DNA of 59,449 nt, filler included. It is 5 parts of 5 records of this genome, joined end to end, with 100 filler letters (N's around TTAATTAATTAA, not from the genome) between each part and the next. Parts side by side here need not be neighbours in the genome. Positions count along the whole stretch, not along the records: positions 51,829 to 59,449 come from SRR31156797_22630; 4 more parts are not named here. One strand, 5' to 3'. Made by a program: the position numbers and the translations under genes. Shown one piece after another: positions 59,362 through 59,449 of this stretch. The notes beneath the pieces were generated by a model, which did no database searches, was not told where the DNA came from, and saw only the letters and a program-made list of their open reading frames with translations. The stretch's first letter is position 1. Each line of letters begins with the position of its first letter.

Positions 59362-59449
59362 GAAAAATTTTATTTAAGTGAAGGCAGCGATCCAATCTCA
59401 ATGAAATGAAACTTCAAAATGATTGACGCCGTCTTGATCCACCGTCAAA

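Noticed and set aside
59398..59449. Possible C-terminus of a minus-strand gene (LTVDQDGVNHFEVSFH*)
   Set aside because: Too short to fix frame or function
1..59449. CRISPR arrays, IS elements, prophage genes, retrons, recoded stop codons
   Set aside because: None seen by eye: no regularly spaced repeats, no transposase, integrase or RT motifs, and recognised proteins are full length under the standard code

Overview
This window is not one replicon. It is five unrelated contigs joined by artificial 100-nt linkers (44 N + TTAATTAATTAA + 44 N, stops in all six frames). Taxonomic labels below are impressions from composition and protein style. (1) 1-8604, very AT-rich, Arcobacter/Campylobacterota-like: a truncated NarX/PilJ-domain sensor kinase, a hemerythrin behind an FNR-type box, an AcrAB/OprM-like RND pump, a hypothetical gene and a tRNA-Gly 3' fragment. 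(2) 8705-17806, Desulfobacterota-like: FTR1 iron permease, an orphan GspG-like protein, a HAMP-like membrane protein, an O-methyltransferase, a stand-alone PLD-family protein, a double-Rid/chorismatase-like protein, Tat-exported ApbE and a DUF1007+NicO pair. (3) 17907-39128, Marinifilaceae-like Bacteroidota: two back-to-back carbohydrate loci, each ending in a truncated susC. One is a kduI-kduD-DUF4861-kdgK-eda-exuT-HTCS uronate locus with a LacI regulator. The other is a GH2 beta-mannosidase / NrtR-GPH transporter-GH94 cellobiose phosphorylase locus. (4) 39229-51728, Bacteroidota: TetR-GNAT-GNAT, DUF442-like, DMT, erythromycin-esterase-family lipoprotein, DUF418, AraC, M1 aminopeptidase, DUF1338, a Met gamma-lyase-like enzyme and a tRNA-Asp fragment. 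(5) 51829-59449, Enterococcus (casseliflavus/gallinarum-like): an AT-rich secreted-protein/membrane-protein pair, pncA, mtnN, a methyltransferase, macP, nudF, xpaC and telA. I found no CRISPR array, integrase or transposase. The best-supported novel-looking item is an NrtR-family regulator with two visible operators heading a cellobiose-phosphorylase/beta-mannosidase locus whose transporter carries an ~84-aa inserted domain. More speculative candidates are the enterococcal secreted protein with a hydrophobic C-terminal hairpin, the lone PLD nuclease, and the DUF1338 + PLP-lyase pair.
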